A DNA stretch of 62,266 nucleotides, filler included, from Pirum gemmata (lineage: Eukaryota): NCBI GenBank assembly GCA_002812295.1. It is 21 parts of 21 records of this genome, joined end to end, with 100 filler letters (N's around TTAATTAATTAA, not from the genome) between each part and the next. Parts side by side here need not be neighbours in the genome. Positions count along the whole stretch, not along the records: positions 8,053 to 11,904 come from PDIN01005158.1; positions 12,005 to 14,663 come from PDIN01005159.1; positions 14,764 to 17,873 come from PDIN01005160.1; positions 17,974 to 20,651 come from PDIN01005161.1; positions 20,752 to 23,391 come from PDIN01005162.1; positions 23,492 to 28,082 come from PDIN01005163.1; 15 more parts are not named here. One strand, given 5' to 3'. The position numbers were made by a program, and so were the translations under genes. The notes below the pieces were generated by a model. It searched no databases. It worked only from the letters and a program-made list of their open reading frames with translations, and was not told where the DNA came from. Below, piece by piece: positions 11,380 through 23,646 of the stretch; the first letter of the stretch is position 1; each line of letters begins with the position of its first letter.

Positions 11380-14300
11380 TAGTAGTAGCGTTACTCTAGC
11401 TAGAGTAGCACCCAATTTACAAAAATGCAACAAAACTCCAACCCTAACAGTACCCTAACCCTAAGGGAGCGTTCAAATAATACGTCACGTCAAGGGGTAG
11501 GTAGGTAGGTGCTATTTGACAGGAAATTAACGTCAAGGGGAATGTAGGTAGGAGTATTTGAAGCTGTATTTGACCGGAAATTGGCGTTAGCTAATAATAC
11601 CCACCCCTACCCTAACACATTCCAAAAAAAAAAATTTCAAACTTAGTTTACCATACTGTTCAAATTAAATTTTTAATCCGAATCGGGCCTAACAAAAAAA
11701 ACTGGTTCTACAGCTCTATTTACTCTAGACGGTCTATCGACACAAAAATTAATATTTTAGTGTTGGTTGGTGGTAGACAATAGAATAGACTAGCTAGTGT
11801 TGACAAAAGAAACACTAGCAACAGGAAACAAATTGCCAATAACAATTTTAACAATAATAATAACAATTATAATATATTGATAATCAAAATAATAATAATT
11901 ATAANNNNNNNNNNNNNNNNNNNNNNNNNNNNNNNNNNNNNNNNNNNNTTAATTAATTAANNNNNNNNNNNNNNNNNNNNNNNNNNNNNNNNNNNNNNNN
12001 NNNNTTATTATTATTATTGTTGTTGTTGTTTTAATAATGTTTAAATATTATATTAATATATTGTTATTTATAATATAATATTGTTATTGTTATAATTATA
12101 ATTATTGTTATCGTTATTAATTGTCACTGTCATTGTCATTGTCATTGTCATTGTCGTTACTGCTACTGTTACTGTTACTTTTACTAGTGCAGTCATTGTT
12201 ATTGTTATTGAACTAACAGATAGTATTTGGACTAGGAGTCTATCATAATATTATGTTGTTTTTGTTATTAAAATATTATAAATTGTTATTTAAATTTTTT
12301 GCAAACATAATTTAGTATTTGTAGTCTAGGCTTCTAGGTCTAAGCAGTACTGTCTAAGCTTTTTATAATATGTATACATACTTTTCAGTTGTTTTGTGAT
12401 ACAATAAAGGGTACCAAATTAATACAATGTAAATCCATTTAATTTAATTTGCTATATTTTATTATCTATTAAATTCATTTTTAAAATATCAATTTAAAGA
12501 TTATAACCTACCAAACAAATATGCAGGGGAGACAAAATAAATGAAAAGCGCATATAAATGCCATTTTGTGGGTGTGGCAATTTTCCAACTATTTTCCATG
12601 AGTTCAGTCCACTTTGAATATTTATTTTGTTGGTTATACTATTTTTAAATTGATATAGATTATTATACTATACTACTAGCTAGTAGTTCTACTAGTACCG
12701 TATCACTTGTAATATTATGATATATATAATATTATTATATATAGTAGTATCTTATTACTTTATATTTAGGCTCGTGGTAAATGCAGTATGTAAAATGTTT
12801 TTGCACTTTTTTTTGTTCACAGTGATGATATCTTCAACAGCCAATCAATTATTCAAGAATGTATTTTTTTTCTTCTTCTATTTTTTCCAACTACTTAATT
12901 TAGATAGAAAATTAAAATATCCATATTTGTTAAGTACCTGTTATTAGTCTGTTATTGAATTTACGTGCCTGTTTTGAGCCTGGCACCACAGCCCCGTCCC
13001 TCCCACCTACTCTAGAGCTAAGTTCTAGTCCTAGCTAGCTAGTAGCTATCGATAGCTATCTTTTTGATAGGTAGTTGTTCATAAATGACGTCACTTATTC
13101 TTTGATAAAAGTCATTGCTCGAAAGTGTGACTTAAACTGTTTTAGGTAGTAATTAATTATTAAAATGAACTTTAAAAGTGTTTTGGACAAAGAGGCATAG
13201 GTAAAATTAGGTGACGTATTCCTTACCACAGATAGTATGATAGGTTATAGAGTCATGAGAGTGGTAGCACTGGTAGAGGTCTCTAGTAGCTAGAGCTAGC
13301 TAGAGCCACGTACAGGTACTACGTGTAGGTAGGTCTCATACAGCCAATAGTAGTCTACCTGTTTTGAGCACCTGCTTTTTTACAGTCAAAACTTTTTTTA
13401 ATGTTAAAAAATAGCCCATAAAATAGGAGTTTTAATTTTAAAATATGATGATGACTATGATGGCTGTGGTTTTTTTTTTGTTTTTTTTTTAAAAAAATAT
13501 TTATCGTATATACAATAATGATATACCTATGATGATATAACTGATGATATATCATACTGTGTTCGAATTTACTGTGTTCAAACTTGTGGTTGATGAGAGA
13601 ATCAAGAGGCTAGACTGGTAGAGTAGTAGTGGTTCATATAATGTTCATTAGCCTCACTCTACCAGATAGACTATCCTGATGAGGTTACAAGTTACAACCA
13701 ACTATGATATTATCATATCTGATATCCACATACTGTAGTCTTGTCTCGTGATTAGACCCCCCGGGTCCCCCCAGTATAAAACCTACCACACTGGCCCACA
13801 CAACCACGTCTCATGATTAAAGTTGTACTTTCAATCGTTAATTTGGCACTGTTTAAAGTGTATAAATGCACTTGTTTATTTATAAAATATTATACAATAG
13901 TTTACAATGTTAATATAACGTTAATTATAAAATGCCAAAATAATTAAAACTTGCATGTCTGATAGTTTTACAATAATGATAGTTTGGTAGTTTAGTTAGG
14001 TATTAGTATGTTTATTTTAGTTTTTTTGTTAAAAATTGGACAAAAATATTAAAAAGACACGAATACTATCATAATTATTACATTACATCGAGGGGTGACA
14101 CCTATAAGAGTCCTATAAGTAAATGACCCCTTAAATTAGCACTAATTCCGCAACCCTAGGCTAAATAGCTCTGCTAAATCATAAATTGTAAAATAATTTG
14201 CTTTTTTTGAAACAGTCTTAATATAGTAACTGAAGTTACTTTAAATGGTTTATTTTTCACTATAATTAGTAACCCGCAGCCGCGGAAAATGAAAATTTCA

Positions 14301-15156
14301 GAGTCATATTGAATAAAGAGTACCAAATTAATACAAAATAAATCCATTTTATTTAATTTGGTATATTTTATCATCTATTTATTCGTTTAAAAATGTCAAT
14401 TTAAAGGTTATAAACCACCAAATAAATAATATGCATAACTATTCAGAGTGACAAAATAAAATTTAATGAAAAACACAATGTATGCGTATATATCATGTGT
14501 GTAGTTTTCATAGAGTATGATAATATAATACTTTGTTGATAATATCGTGTAAAAATAAAGGTACTTCAGCGGTATTATGAATGTAAATACACACGTTTAA
14601 TTAATATTTTAAAAAATAATGATAATGATATAATAATTATATCTTCGTCTTGGTTGTTTAATANNNNNNNNNNNNNNNNNNNNNNNNNNNNNNNNNNNNN
14701 NNNNNNNTTAATTAATTAANNNNNNNNNNNNNNNNNNNNNNNNNNNNNNNNNNNNNNNNNNNNAGGGTTAGGGTTAGTTAGGGTTAGGGTTAGGGTAAAA
14801 TCCGCTCGTCAAGGGACTTACTTGAAAGGAGAAAAGGTTCTATGGATAGCTAGAGCTAGCTAGCTAGTGAGTAGTAGCCTAGCTAGATAGCTACTAGTAG
14901 AGGGAAAAGGTTACGCTTCCCGCCACAAACCAGCGCTACAACCAACACACCACAACCACAAGCCGATCACCATGTAATGGCATTATTTACCTTATTTACT
15001 ATGATATGTATAAAACTTTTTTTGAAAACAAACTAAAAAAATAACTCACACAACCTAAAAATTTAATAAACTCTAAAATAACTGTTTATCATACTATGAG
15101 TATACTCCTATGCATTATTAGTTATTAGACTACAGTATTATTACTATGAATTTATA

Positions 15157-15318
15157 GTGCTTTTCAGTCATTTTGTCATAATAAAATATACAATAAAAAG
15201 TACCAAATTAATATAATATAAATCCATTTTATTTAATTTGGTATATTTTATTATATATTTATTTATTTAAAAAAGTATCAATTTAAATATTCAGAGTGAC
15301 AAAATAAATGAAAAGCAC
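15157..15318. mobile_element. MITE family A (probably Tc1/mariner-like), representative copy
   Basis: TIR GTGCTTTTCA/TGAAAAGCAC, usually in a TAT(A/T) context, with a shared AT-rich body (gtaccaaattaat...aaatccatt...gtgacaaaataaa). About 14 copies, e.g. ~12380, ~14300, 17268, 23787, 24402, 25741, 27470, 28010, 43862, 45302, 46513, ~54162. Confidence 0.85.
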
Positions 15319-16248
15319 AATAACTTATCAAACTAATTTTTACTATTTTTTAATTTTTTAATAAAAAGCAATCATTTTTTTTCTAACTAGCTCTCTTTAG
15401 CTAGTAGCTACTAGCTAGTAGTAGACACTTATTAGTAGACCATAGAATAAGTCTCATACACTTGTAACTTGTAGTTCTCAGCTTCTCTGTAGTTAGGTTA
15501 TCCTGATAGTAGACTTTTATATATTATTAGTCTACTACTAGCTACTAGTAGCGAAGTATGATAGCTAGCTAGCTAGCTAGTAGTAGTCTAGCTAGTATGA
15601 TATCTGATAGTATCTGTATTATGATAGTTCGGTTGTATTATCATAGTTAGTTTTTTTAGTCTACTTTTTACAAAGGAAAAAGAAAATTTAATTAATGATT
15701 TTTTATCGTAGACCAGTCTATATCATATCGATAATATCATAGACCCGGGACCCCCCCCCCTGGGGCCTGCCCCCCCGATAAAAATAGCGACATCCGCCAT
15801 ATGAGCTCAAAAATCCAAAAAATCTCAAAATGATCCAATTTTAAAGAAAGTACTACCAAATTTCTCTAAAATCATTTAACTGAAAAAACTCTATTAAGAA
15901 CCATTGGCTAGTTTTTAACAATAATTTGACTAGTTATAATTAAAGATTTTTATTTGGCTTAGCTGTTAAAAAAAATAATAATTATATATTATATTATTAT
16001 TATTATTATTAATAATAATAATATCATAATTATTACTATAATAAAATTATGGCAAATACGAATACAAATGACCAGTAAAAGTCCAGTAAATGACCACGAT
16101 AATCAATCATATCATACCTGTCTCATACCTGTTATGATAAAAACCCTGGAGCTACTACTACTAGTTAGACTACAGTCTACTACTCTAAGCTAGTAGGTGA
16201 CCGTAGGATTTCAATTATTTTTGAAGTCCTTGGTAGGACCTAAGCTAG

Positions 16249-16416
16249 GCTTCTCCCAATTCTGCTTTGTTTAAAAATCGAGCTTTCGAGCCTAAGAATT
16301 AATTTTATAAGTTCGAAAATTTTAAGCCAATAGTTAAGTATTCGAGTATATTTATTTATTTATAAACCCGAAAAAATAGAAAGAATAATTTGGGATCGAG
16401 CAGAATTAGGAGAGGC
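16249..16416. mobile_element. MITE family C (TIR GCTTCTCCCAATTCTGCT)
   Basis: Inverted ends ttctcccaattctgct / agcagaattaggagaggc. An opposite-orientation copy lies at 21631-21843 and a partial one at ~9055-9248. Confidence 0.75.
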
Positions 16417-16590
16417 TTACCGTAGGTCTCAGGATAATCAACGAGGTTCTGCTGATGTTGTACATAATGGTTCGGGTGAAAAAAATACTAGTTAAATTAA
16501 TCATTAGTATTCAACAAAAATTGTATGACCGAGAAATTTACTGCACTTTGGAAAAGGACAACTACAGTGTTACTACACAGCTATAAAGAA

Positions 16591-16643
<53 letters not shown>

Positions 16644-16922
16644 TCGTCGTTATCCTCCTCCTCATTATTATTATTATATTATTATTATTATTATATTATT
16701 ATTATTATTATTATATCATTGGACTAAAGGTTGTTCTTGAAGTAAGAATTATTATTAGAAATTCGAATCAGAATTTAAGAAAAATAATCGATTCCTGAAT
16801 ATGGTAGTTTTCAAAATTTAACCCGACCAATAAACGATCTGAAGCTGCTGATTAACTGCTGGTAAGCTGGTAAGTAACCGTAAGTTGTGGTAACAACAAG
16901 CTAGTAACAAGCTAATGGTAGC

Positions 16923-17255
16923 CAGTCTTGTCAAATCCGACTTTTCCATATACAGAATCATAGCTGTAACATCACTTTTAAAAAAAAAAACTACCCCTGT
17001 GAGGGCTCGGTTTCATATTTTTTTGAGTCGGATTGGATCGATGCAGGAAAAGGTCCCGAATCATATTCTGTTATTATATTTTTTTGATTTTTTAAATTGG
17101 TCGAGTAATTCGGGGTTTTCGGTCGATTTCGAGTATTTTAACCCCGACCAAAATCCGACTTTTCCATACACAGTAACATCACTTTAAACTACCCCTTAAT
17201 AAGAAACTACCCCTGTGAGAGCCCACAGGGATAGTTTAAAAAGTGATATTACTGT
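16923..17255. mobile_element. Rearranged copy of foldback family D
   Basis: Shares ttgtcaaatccgacttttccata, ctacccctgtgagggctcgg and gatgcaggaaaaggtcccgaatcatattc with 53592-53989. Confidence 0.8.
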
Positions 17256-17408
17256 ACTGTCTGTACAGTGCTTTTCATTTATTTTCTGAATATTTATTTG
17301 GTTGTTTATAATATTTAAATTGATACTTTTAAATAAATAAATATATAGTAAATTATACCAAATTAAATGAAATAAACTTATATTGTATTATTTGGTAGTA
17401 TTTATTGC

Positions 17409-17664
17409 TTCACCCTTCACCCTTCACCCTTCACCCTTCACCCTTCACCCTTAACCCTTCCCCCTTAACCCTTCCCCCTTAACCCTTAACCCTTAACCCT
17501 TAACCCTAACCTTAACCCTAACCCCAACCTTCGCCCTTCACCCCTTCACCCTTCACCCTTCACCCTTCACCCTTAACCCTTAACCCTTAACCCTTCACCC
17601 TTAACCCTTCACCCTTCACCCTTAACCCTTAACCCTTAACCCTAACCTTAACCCTAACCGCAAC
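17409..17664 (-). repeat. Telomere-like array of 7-mer variants (CCCTTCA, CCCTTAA) mixed with CCCTAA
   Basis: Direct reading. It begins exactly where a family A MITE (start 17268) is truncated. Confidence 0.85.
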
Positions 17665-18138
17665 CTTTTTTCTTCACAGAGCTAAAGAATATTTTAACCA
17701 ATCCCTCAGCGAATCTTTTGAGAATTTGCCTAAAGTACAAATGAAAAAGAAATTAGTAAAAAAACCCTCTACTATACCCACAGAAATGTACGAGTTTTGT
17801 TATATTGTTGTATTGTTGTATTGTTTTATTATTGTATTGTTGTATTATTGTATTGTTGTATTGTTGTATTGTTNNNNNNNNNNNNNNNNNNNNNNNNNNN
17901 NNNNNNNNNNNNNNNNNTTAATTAATTAANNNNNNNNNNNNNNNNNNNNNNNNNNNNNNNNNNNNNNNNNNNNATATATATGTATAAGTCTATAATTTAG
18001 ATAATTATGAGTGGTTACTCACTAGATGTGGCTAGAGAAGGTCTAGTAGCTTCTAGGGGAGGACACACGGTTAAAGTTACTCCGGATTAATTGTAGGAGG
18101 TTCAAATGAACAATTATCAATAATCCGGAGTAATCTTT

Positions 18139-19892
18139 CTACTTAAACTTAGTATTAAATAGTAATTGTCTTAAGTTATTTGGTCTTTTGTATGCTATGG
18201 TAATTTTAGCTCCTATTAAATCTTCCAATTGATTACAATTAAGTATTTCCATAAGTTTCTGTCGCGTATCATAAGGGATTTTGTAAAAATGTTGGATGAT
18301 TGATTACTTAGAAGGAGGATTGTTAGCATTGATATACGTAAGAAAGCTATTAAAAAGAGATTTCAGTGTGTTTGAATGATAACCTCTTTGTAATAATCTT
18401 TTATAAAAAATATTAGCAATAATAACAAAGTCTTTGAAATAAGGCCTTTTAAAATACCTGGTGAATGACTACTTGAATAAAGTGTATATAAATATAAATT
18501 TTATATCAACATCGTTATTAATACACACATTAACATCTAAAAATGGTGTAGGGTGATTTCCATTAATTATAGAAACATCCCATCTTAACCCAGGTATATC
18601 ATTAAACAATCTTTTAAAGGCTGGTAAATCAGTATTTTTGATAATAACAAAACCATCATCAATATAACGAGTATAAAAAACAAGGGAGTTTATAAGTTTA
18701 TCCCATATAGTTAATTCATAAAACGCTAAGTATAATACAGCAATGCTAGGAGCACACGGGTGTCCCATAGGCAAACCATTATTTTGCTGATAGTATTCAT
18801 TGTCAAATTCAAAAACATTATTGTTAAAAATAATAGTAATAGCCTCCATTATTAAGTTAACAAGTATAGGTTGATTGTAGTAATATATTTCTACCCAATG
18901 TCTCATTGTGATAAGGGTTAGGGTTAGGGTTAGGGTTAGGGTTAGGGTTAGGGTTAGGGTTAGGGTTAGGGTTAGGGTTAGGGTTAGGGTTAGGGTTGGT
19001 AGTGTATAAACTAACTACATCGGCTATTACCGCTGTAAAATTGGAGGGGATATTAATATTTTTTAACTTTTTGATGAATTGTTCTGAATTTAGAATAATA
19101 GATTCAGTGTTTTGCGCTATTGGCCATAAATGAAAGTGAACCCACTTACTCAAACCAGTTAGAGGTGTTTTGGTACAACTAACTATAGGTCTAAGGGCTG
19201 GGTTATATATTTCATAACCAGGTTTATGGATTTTAGCAAAAGCGCATAGAAATAAAGTAAAAATTTAAAACAGTTATAACTAACTATTTTTAAACTTTTT
19301 AATATGTCTTCATTATCGTTGTTATTTTTTAATAAAGTTTTTGCTAGTTCTAAGAATTTATTCACTGCTTTAACCATTCTACTGATTAACAAATTGGGAT
19401 ATTCGATGTCAAGCTTAGTATAAAATACAATATTAAGGTGATTTTTACACCAAATTTTATATTGATCTTTGTACATGATAGCAGGACCCATGTTTTTATC
19501 AGTGAAAAGAGGTCATAGGTATGAATAAGTAGTATTAAAATTAGCAATTAACTTTTTAAGGGAAGGTGATAAGTTATGTTTAAAAGTTTTTGTAAGTAAA
19601 ACTTTTTTAACATTATTAATAGAAGAATGTAAATTATTAAAAAATTGTTCAGTATTGGCGTCACAAGGTTTTGGGATAAAACTCGGATTAGGAACATAGA
19701 GTTTGGTTTTCTATTGTTTTTCCCAAAATTATTGGAAAGCCGAATAGATCTAAAAGTGTAATCTAAAGCAGTTTGGTATATTTTGGGTTTTACAATATTG
19801 GGGGTCGGACAAAAATTGGTATTCAAATCAAATAGAGTAGGAAAGGATTTGGGGAGTGCAATATTGGGAAAAGTAAGGTCATGAAAAGCCAT
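18139..19892 (-). mobile_element. Decayed Penelope-like retroelement with RT and no GIY-YIG endonuclease
   Basis: Pieces in several frames: MAFHDLT...LNTNFCPTP, DKNMGPA, ADVVSLYT, NNNVFEF...GLPMGHPCAPSIA, YTRYIDDGF, PFLDV, SSSHSPGILKGLI, FYKRLLQRGY, KIPY, IAYKRPNNLRQLLFNTKFK* (TAG at 18141-18139). Frameshifts and small deletions are present. Confidence 0.85.
18913..18997 (+). repeat. (TTAGGG)~14 tract inserted inside the Penelope-like RT
   Basis: A perfect telomeric array lies between RT motif A (SLYTT) and the continuation LITMRHW. Confidence 0.95.
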
Positions 19893-19967
19893 ATTATAAA
19901 TACGAAAATCAAAACGAGAACATGTAGTAACTAATATTAATTTTTTCGCAATATCTCTTGGTTTAGA

Positions 19968-20651
19968 GAGTAAATCATTTTTATCACCTTTTTTAAAAAT
20001 AGGTACTATAATACCTTGGCCAAAATTTTCCGGTGCATTCATATTATTAAAAATTTGTTTGATTAGAGGTACTAAAATTTGCTTGATTTCGTTCCGGAAA
20101 AGTTGATAGACTTTTGCTAAAAATTCCATCTAAACCAGGTGACGTGTTGCCATTCATTTTCATTAAGTTTCTTTTTATTTCTTCTTCTGTAATTTGTTTA
20201 TATATTTTTCTTTTTGCATCATCTCCTAGTTTTAGTAGACGTTTTATACTTATTTTTATAATTTTTCTTATTAATCTTATTATTGGCTGTTAATAAATTT
20301 TTATAGAATTCATTTGCTTTTTCCATCATTTCTGCTGTTGAAGTTGCATTACCTATTAAGATTTCTATTTTTACCACTATGATAATAGTTTGCTATTGTT
20401 TTCGTTAAATATGTTGGTTTAGTTAATATGATTTTTGCTTTTGATATTATGTGTAATTTTTTTGTTATGTTTTCATTATTTTCATCATATATTTGCTTGA
20501 GATCAGATTTTAATTTTTCTAAAGTTACTATTGATTCCTCATCACTTCTATTTTCTATTTTTAGAATATTATTTTTGATTTCGTTTATTTTCCTAAAACC
20601 TTTTGTTTTTTCTCTTTTATTTTTGTAATGATTTGTTGTACTGTTATTTTT
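19968..20651 (-). mobile_element. L1-clade-like non-LTR retrotransposon ORF2 fragment (EN-RT linker to RT domain 1), decayed
   Basis: LMKMNGNTSPGLDGI, then a frameshift, then LAKVYQLF...PENFGQGIIVPIFKKGDKNDL. It is truncated just before the expected NYRPI motif. Confidence 0.8.
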
Positions 20652-21630
20652 NNNNNNNNNNNNNNNNNNNNNNNNNNNNNNNNNNNNNNNNNNNNTTAAT
20701 TAATTAANNNNNNNNNNNNNNNNNNNNNNNNNNNNNNNNNNNNNNNNNNNNAATATTGTTATTGTTATTGTTGTTGTTATTGTTATTGTTATTGTTATTG
20801 TTATTGTTATTGTCAGTGTTATTAATATTGTTATTTTTATTGTTATTGTTACTGTTATTGATAATTGTTATCGTTATTGTTATTGTTATTGTTATTGTTA
20901 TTGTTATTTAGACCACCAATATCTATCCTGTTAGTTCTAGACTCAGTAGTTGTTAGTTTTAAGCCTCTAAACTAACAAAAGAGGGCTCCAGATAGGCTTT
21001 TAGTAGTTAGTCTATCCTACTAATAGGCACCAAACCTAACATAATAGGCAATAAAGAACCTATATAGGCTTAAATGGGTCTTTTGGCTCTATAGAGGGTA
21101 GAATAATAGCCTTTTCTTGCCTAGATATAGGCTTTTCTTGAGTATATGGGTAGAATTCCCCATGACGTAGTTATTAGGTCAATTTATTAATTTACGTCAT
21201 CATGACGTCAGTTTTGGTCTATTATTTATCAATTTGCGTCATAATGACGTCATTTTCTCAAGTACAATATGTCTTTTGATTGGCTGTTCCCACAAATAGC
21301 CTTTTGACGTACTTTTTTATCATTTTGTGTCATATTTACCTCATTTTTATGTCCGCTTTTTACTATATTCTACCCTACTTTACCTATATTTTACCCCTTT
21401 TTAATTTATTACCTCATTGTTATCTCATTTTTTTATACTATTATACCCTCGTTTTTCCCCTCCTTTACGATTGGTTCCTTAAAATTATATCCGTGTATCG
21501 GGTTTTTTATACTATATTCTACCCTACTTTACATATATTTTACCCGTTTTTATTTATTATCTCATTATTACCTCATTTTTTTATGATATTTTACCCTTGT
21601 TTTCCCCTGTTCATTCCACATCAGTAATAA

Positions 21631-21843
21631 GTCTCTCCCAATTCTGCTCGAGCCCGAAAGCTCGAATTTCTGCTGTCGAAACAAAAAAGCCGAAATTCAG
21701 CCCTGTTCGAAAATTATTTTTTAAAATTATCCGAGTTTATAAATAAATAAACATACTTAACTGTTAGCTTAAAATTTTCGAACTTGTTTAATTAATACAA
21801 GGCTCGAAAACTCAATTTTTAAAAAAGCAGAATTGGGAGAAGC
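21631..21843. mobile_element. MITE family C copy
   Basis: Ends tctcccaattctgct ... agcagaattgggagaagc. Confidence 0.75.
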
Positions 21844-21866
21844 ATAGTACATTATATATATACATC

Positions 21867-21944
21867 TAGGGTTACCTAGATTGTGAATAGGGTTACCTAG
21901 ATCGTGAATAGGGTTATCTAGATTGTGAATAGGGTTACCTAGAT
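21867..21944. repeat. 21-bp minisatellite (tagggttacctagattgtgaa) x~3.7
   Basis: Direct reading. Confidence 0.9.
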
Positions 21945-21967
21945 ATGTATATTACAATAATGATGTA

Positions 21968-22157
21968 TTAGGTTTGTCTGTTTCTTATTTTATTCATCCC
22001 GCTTTGGCTGAGGGAACCCCTTTGTATTTCTAGCCCAATAGTAGTACAATAGCCACCATAGCGATGGCCAGGGTATACAAAAGTGGTATTTGCTAGTTTA
22101 CTTAATTTAGTTAAACTTTTAATAGCATCATCTACACTACTATCCGGGAAATCCAAT
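21968..22157 (-). CDS. Terminal exon of a metallo-beta-lactamase-fold hydrolase (glyoxalase II-like)
   Basis: (R)LDFPDSSVDDAIKSLTKLSKLANTTFVYPGHRYGGYCTTIGLE matches the GRxDxP...SL...VYPGHxY...TTIGxE C-terminal motif. TAG acceptor at 22160-22158. Confidence 0.8.
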
Positions 22158-22179
22158 CTATAGTTATGTAATAATAATG

Positions 22180-22240
<61 letters not shown>

Positions 22241-22245
22241 TTTAC

Positions 22246-23323
22246 CATTGCCATTCTTCTCTCCATCCTGGTAAGTATTGGAAACAATTTCTTCAACCAT
22301 TAAACGGTTACTTTCCAATTCTAAATCAACTACAACATTCTCAACAAACTCCGTATTATGCATAGACAAAGTATCATTACCATTATTGTTTCTCCTTTTT
22401 CCAATATCATTACTACCACTAACATCACTATCACCGTTATTAACACTGCTATCATTAACCTTAATTCCTTTCAAATTACCAGCATTTTTTTTCTTCTCAG
22501 TACAATTAGTAACAGAGTGCGTAGTGTTCTTTAAAATAGAGAAAGAAGCTTTTTCCAAATCCTCCAACTCATTTTTTATAATGCTAGTTGAATTTTTTGT
22601 TTTTGTATTATTTCTTGAGATTTGCTTCTTGGTTTTATTCGTTTTACTCGTATCATCATCACTTATATCGTTATCTTTTTTGTTAAACACACTACTAACA
22701 ATATCATCATCTTTTTTATTGTGTGTTTGCTTGCGTTTATTATTGTCAAGGTTAATATTGATGGATTCGGATTTGTTAGCCTCACTGTCATCTTTGTTGT
22801 TATTGTGGTTATTGGGTTTATTGTGATTATTGTGGTTATTGTTATTGTTGTTGTTATTGGTATTACTATTATTGTTGTTATTGCTCTTATTCTCACTGTT
22901 GTTATTTTTGTTATTGTTCTTACTGTTGCTATTGTTGGTATGGTTGTTATTGTTATTATTGTTGCTATCGATGTGGTTATTGTTATTGTTATTGTTATTC
23001 TGGTTATTGTGGTTATTATTGTTTATTATATTGGGGTCATTCTCGTCATTAAAAGAAGAAAAAGGAGATAACACAGGCGTATTTGCACTGAATTTACTTT
23101 CTTCGGACTTGGATTTTTTACTTTTTTTTTGCTTTTTGGATTTTTTACTCTTAGAATTTTTTAAAGTCGACGATTTTTTCATCGAAGTGTTTTTCTTTGC
23201 AGACGAAGTTGTTAACATTGGCGGACGAGCGAGCAAGTTATAGTGAGAAGAAGAAGAAGATAACGCAGAAGAAGATCTTTTAATCAGCTTCGGTCTTTCT
23301 TGGTCTTGATTTCCATTTGACCC
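22246..23323 (-). CDS. Large Asn/Ser/Lys-rich low-complexity exon, function unknown
   Basis: About 360 open codons with non-microsatellite codon variety; candidate CAG acceptor near 23324 and GTAAAT donor at 22245. Confidence 0.6.
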
Positions 23324-23519
23324 TGCATGCACAGTAAGTTTATCATTAAATAACAGAAACAAATTATTTTTAAAATGATTATTATTATTATNNNNNNNNN
23401 NNNNNNNNNNNNNNNNNNNNNNNNNNNNNNNNNNNTTAATTAATTAANNNNNNNNNNNNNNNNNNNNNNNNNNNNNNNNNNNNNNNNNNNNCCCGTGTAC
23501 GCCAGCTTGGTAGTACTAA

Positions 23520-23646
23520 GGGAGCGTCAAGGGGTGGGTAAGTAGGTGGTATTTGACCGGAAATTATCGTCGAGGGGTAGGTAGATAGGGGTATTTGAAG
23601 CTGTATTTGACCGGAAATTGGCGTTACGTAGTATTTGAACGCTCCC
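23520..23646. mobile_element. MITE family B (Harbinger-type), internally deleted copy
   Basis: TAA|GGGAGCG...GAACGCTCCC|TAA. Confidence 0.85.

Noticed and set aside
18074..18137. SECIS element or hammerhead ribozyme in the PLE 3' UTR
   Set aside because: There is no AUGA/GA quartet pair and no CUGANGA...GAAA core in the right arrangement.
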